Shown here piece after piece: positions 60,631 through 64,000 of a stretch of DNA of 64,000 nucleotides. The notes beneath the pieces are model-generated. The model worked only from the letters and a program-made list of their open reading frames with translations, was not told the origin of the DNA and made no database searches. The position numbers were made by a program, and so were the translations under genes. Source of the stretch: Balanoglossus misakiensis (Eukaryota > Animalia > Hemichordata). Location of the stretch: NCBI GenBank assembly GCA_040954595.2, contig CM082589.2, forward strand, positions 6,941,186 to 7,005,185, given 5' to 3'. The first letter of the stretch is position 1; every line of letters begins with the position of its first letter.

Positions 60631-63600
60631 CTCCTCCACTTGATCTTGTAGTTCGCTTCCTTGGAGGCGATGCCGGTGCCGATATTTCCCTCTGACCACG
60701 CCCCCTCCGTGCGGGAGACCCCCTCCCGCCTTCACTGGGAGACCGCCTCCCCCCGCGTCTGCCACGCCCATAACCTCGTCGCACCGGCGTTTCGAATTTC
60801 ACCGTGAACTCCTCCGTGCTCTCCACTTTGTCTTTTTCCTCGTCGCAGTCCGCGCTCGCGGGTTTCTTGCCGTCGCCGCCCTCCGCGCTCGCGTTGTCTT
60901 TCTTCTCTTTCCCGGCAACCGTGCCTTCCTCTTGCTGTTCTTTGCTCTTGTCGCAATCTTCGGCTTTCTGGTCTGCTTTGACGCACTCTTCACCCTTCGG
61001 TTCAACGCCCGGTTCCGTACACACCGCGGCTTTGCTCTCAGCCTCCTTAGTTCCGCTTGCGTTATTGCTCGTTGTAGTACTGATACTTGACGCTTGCTCG
61101 CCCGACGCCTGTTCCTGTGTGGGCGCTTCCTTGTCCTCCGTGATCGCGACCGGCACGTTACTCTCACTCTCACTCGCACCGACAGCTTCCGAACTCACTC
61201 GGAGAGATTTCGCACACGGACCTTCCGTGTCGCCCTCCTCATGTTTCCTCTTAGCGCTTTCCTGTTGACCTTTAACCTCAGCATTATCCGCGGTCCGCTC
61301 TGATATCTTGTCCGAATCTCTCTGTTCTGTTTCTTTACTACTTTCAACAGAGCTACCACACGGTCCAGATGCTACAGTTTCACTGTCTTTTACTGTCTTA
61401 GCATCTGAATTACTGTCCTCGACACTCGGATTAGGCTCTTGAGTTTCCAAAGGCGAAGATGAAATCTCCTTTTTCTCTTGATCATCTGCTGTTTGTTCAG
61501 CTGTATGTGATGCTGTAGTAGTAGTCACTGCTGTAACAGCATCTTCATCTTTCGTAGCTTGCTTTTCTGTATCATCTGTGACTACCGCCTCCTGCCTTCC
61601 ATCTGTATTTTCCTTTTTATCACAAATTGCATCGCTCTCTTCCTGGTCTTTGAGTTCAGTGTTATCTGTTGCACTTTCAGGCTGGGCGACATCGGCCTTG
61701 TCGTTCTCATTACTGTCTCTTTCGGGGGCTGCCTCTGCGGCAGCGCCCTCATCAGTTCCAGCACTCTGCTGGCCGACTGCATCATTCACAGGCGTGGAGG
61801 CAATTGGACTGATCTCTGAAGGTTCCTCAATAGTCACTTTGGATAGACCCTTGTCTTGTCCTGTTTTCTCCGTTACACAATCACTAGTACTTTCACTGCT
61901 GCCAGCTTGTGGCTGACTCTGATTTGAAACATCAAGGCCTTCTTTTTCAGCTTCTTCCGGCTGTTCCTTCAATAGCTGCCCACCCTCTGGTTTTCCAGAC
62001 TCTGGTTCCGGAGCGGCGTCGACATTTGGCGCATCGCCGTCGTTTTGCTGGCTGTCTTTCGCGGTGGAATCTTTAGGACTCGGTGCAGACGCACCGTCTG
62101 CGCTTTCGGAGTCCTTCCCACTCTCGCTTTTCTCTCGGGATTTCTCCGCGGCCATTTCCCGGTCCAGCATGCTGAACTTGATGTGGGCCGTTTCCACAGT
62201 CCGGATGATGGCCTTGAGTTCCGGCATCATTTCCCCCTTCTCTCCGGCCTTCGCCTGATCCGGCTTCGGTTCCGCGACGTTCTTGGCGACGCTCTTTTCC
62301 GGATCCGAGTTCCTCTTCTCGTCTTCCACCTCCTTGATCATCTGCACTAAGAGATCGCTGCACTTCGACTGCATGTTTTCCGTTTTCCCAGACTCTTGCT
62401 CTTGCTCCGCCATGTTCTCAAGCAAACGTGAAGGCACAGTTGGTGGTGACTCCCTTTTCTCGCTGGCAGCGTCACAACCGCCATCTTGGATCGCAGCTCC
62501 TTCCTCAGTCTGCTCGGCAACCGACGCCGTATCCTCCCGCCCTTCGACACCCTCCGAGCCGACAACCTTTTCTGGCTGTTTCTCTTCTACAACAGTCGGG
62601 GAACTCCTCGCAGGTTCCTGAGACGCGACGTCTCCCGTGTCTTTATCTTCTCTCTCATCCGTTTCCACGGCAACAGCATCGGCAGAACCGGAGGAGCCTC
62701 CGTCCTCTTCCAAACTTACTGCAATGGCCGACTCCAGCCCTTCCAACTCTGTCTCTGATTTTGAATTTTCTGCGGCGACCGGACTGATCTTACTGGAGTC
62801 TGCAGATTTCTCACTTGCATTGTCTTCAAGTTTTGTCTCCACAGTTTCCGTCACACTGTCAATCTCTTTGACTTCACCAGTCGCGTCCACATTTCCATCA
62901 GGCACTTTCTCTTTCTGTAAAACTTCAGTGTGCTTCGCATCAGTTCCTGATGAACTAGCCACATCTTGTTTATCTGTTGTTTCACTTTCCATTGGTTTCT
63001 CAGCCTCTTTTTCAACACTGGTTACCGTTGACGACGCGTCTTTTTCGGCTGCCGTTTCTTCAGAATTCTCACTTGGTCCACTTTTTACATTGCTCATTGC
63101 CTTGTCATCTTCGTCCTTGCTTAGCTCCATGGCAACGATTTCATCAATTCTACTACCATAACTGGCATCTTCTGGTTTAGCGGTTGGCTCACTCTCATAA
63201 ACTTCCTTAACACTTTCCCCGTCATCTTTGGTGTCTGTGTGTATTTCGGTTTGTATGGTATCTTCTGTTTTTGTCTCCAACTCTTTGTCAGCAGAGCCAG
63301 CATCTGGGAGACTTTCCTTTACCTCCTCCTTGCTTATCTGTGCCTCTTGCTTGGGGCTATCAGCGTTAGGAACAAGGTCTTCAGCAACGCTGCTCACTGG
63401 AGCTACGTCTTTTGATTGAATTGTTTCTTTTGTTACTTCCTCTAACGGCTGGGCTTGGTCTTGATCTATCTTCTGCTCGCATGGGTCCTCCTCAGCTGAG
63501 ACATTCTCTCCTTTTTCTTGTGGCGCCCCCTTTTCTTGTGGCGCCTCAGGTTGGGGAGTGTGAGCTTGTGTGTGTTCTGATTCACTCGGCGGTCGTGTCG

Positions 63601-64000
63601 GTGACTTCTGTACGTCGGGCACACCCGGTGAATGCCCCACATTGGGTAACGGGGGTGACTGCCCCACCTCGGGCAAGGGTGGGGACTGGTGACCGATCTG
63701 GGATGTGGGAGGTGGTGACTCTCCTGCTTGGGTGAACGGCGGCGACTGTCTCATTCGCGGTAGTGGCGGCGAGTGCCCAGCTGTGGGCAATGTGGGCGAC
63801 TGTCCTGTACAGGGTGGCGACGACCGTCCGTCGTTGGATAGTTGCGATGTCTTTCCCGAATTATTCAGCTGTGGGGATAACCGTCCTGAGTGGGGTGGTG
63901 ACGGGGGTGACTGCCCTGTGTGTCGCAGCGGAGATCGCTTCCTCGTGGGGGGTGACTGTCCGGGCATGGGCAGCTGGGGTGCCTGTCCAAGTATGGGCAG
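60631..64000 (-). CDS. Very large exon (>3.3 kb, open past the right edge) of an E/S/D/K-rich, probably disordered nuclear protein; identity not recognisable
   Basis: >1120 open codons; G|gtaag donor at 60631; GQSPP repeats at the visible start; RG-rich basic segment (GRGRRGGRRSP..RRGRG..PPRKR) at the end. Confidence 0.85.

Noticed and set aside
60119-64000. Naming the acidic protein (e.g. BOD1L1-like)
   Set aside because: Only compositional resemblance; no diagnostic domain in the window.

Overview
Eukaryotic (animal) genomic DNA. The gene families and MITE types suggest a marine invertebrate deuterostome, but that is inference. Four parts. (1) The 5' part of a PDE7 cAMP phosphodiesterase gene on the minus strand, with coding exons at 50042-49914, 3646-3586, 2189-2103 and 856-711; it continues off the left edge. 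(2) Inside its ~46 kb first intron, on the same strand, a tandem array of four TRIM-NHL E3 ligase genes with intronless CDSs (RING-B1-B2-coiled coil-filamin-6xNHL). Their N-terminal parts are nearly identical, while the NHL propeller loops are hypervariable and the copies are mosaics of one another. Copy 2 is frameshifted by an internal 308-bp duplication. (3) Head-to-head with PDE7, an MFHAS1-like ROCO gene (LRR-ROC-COR, six coding exons, ~1197 aa by manual splicing). It has a Q/P/Y-rich insertion in COR, a RHIM-like motif in its last exon, and kB, ETS-CRE and IRF-type motifs near its 5' end. (4) The 3' end of a convergent gene for a large acidic, low-complexity protein. Several MITEs/non-autonomous DNA transposons and microsatellites are also present. 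Best candidate for a new system: an innate-immune-like locus pairing diversifying NHL-recognition E3 ligases with an LRR-ROC-COR-RHIM receptor. Homology calls rest on recalled sequences and manual translation, not searches.
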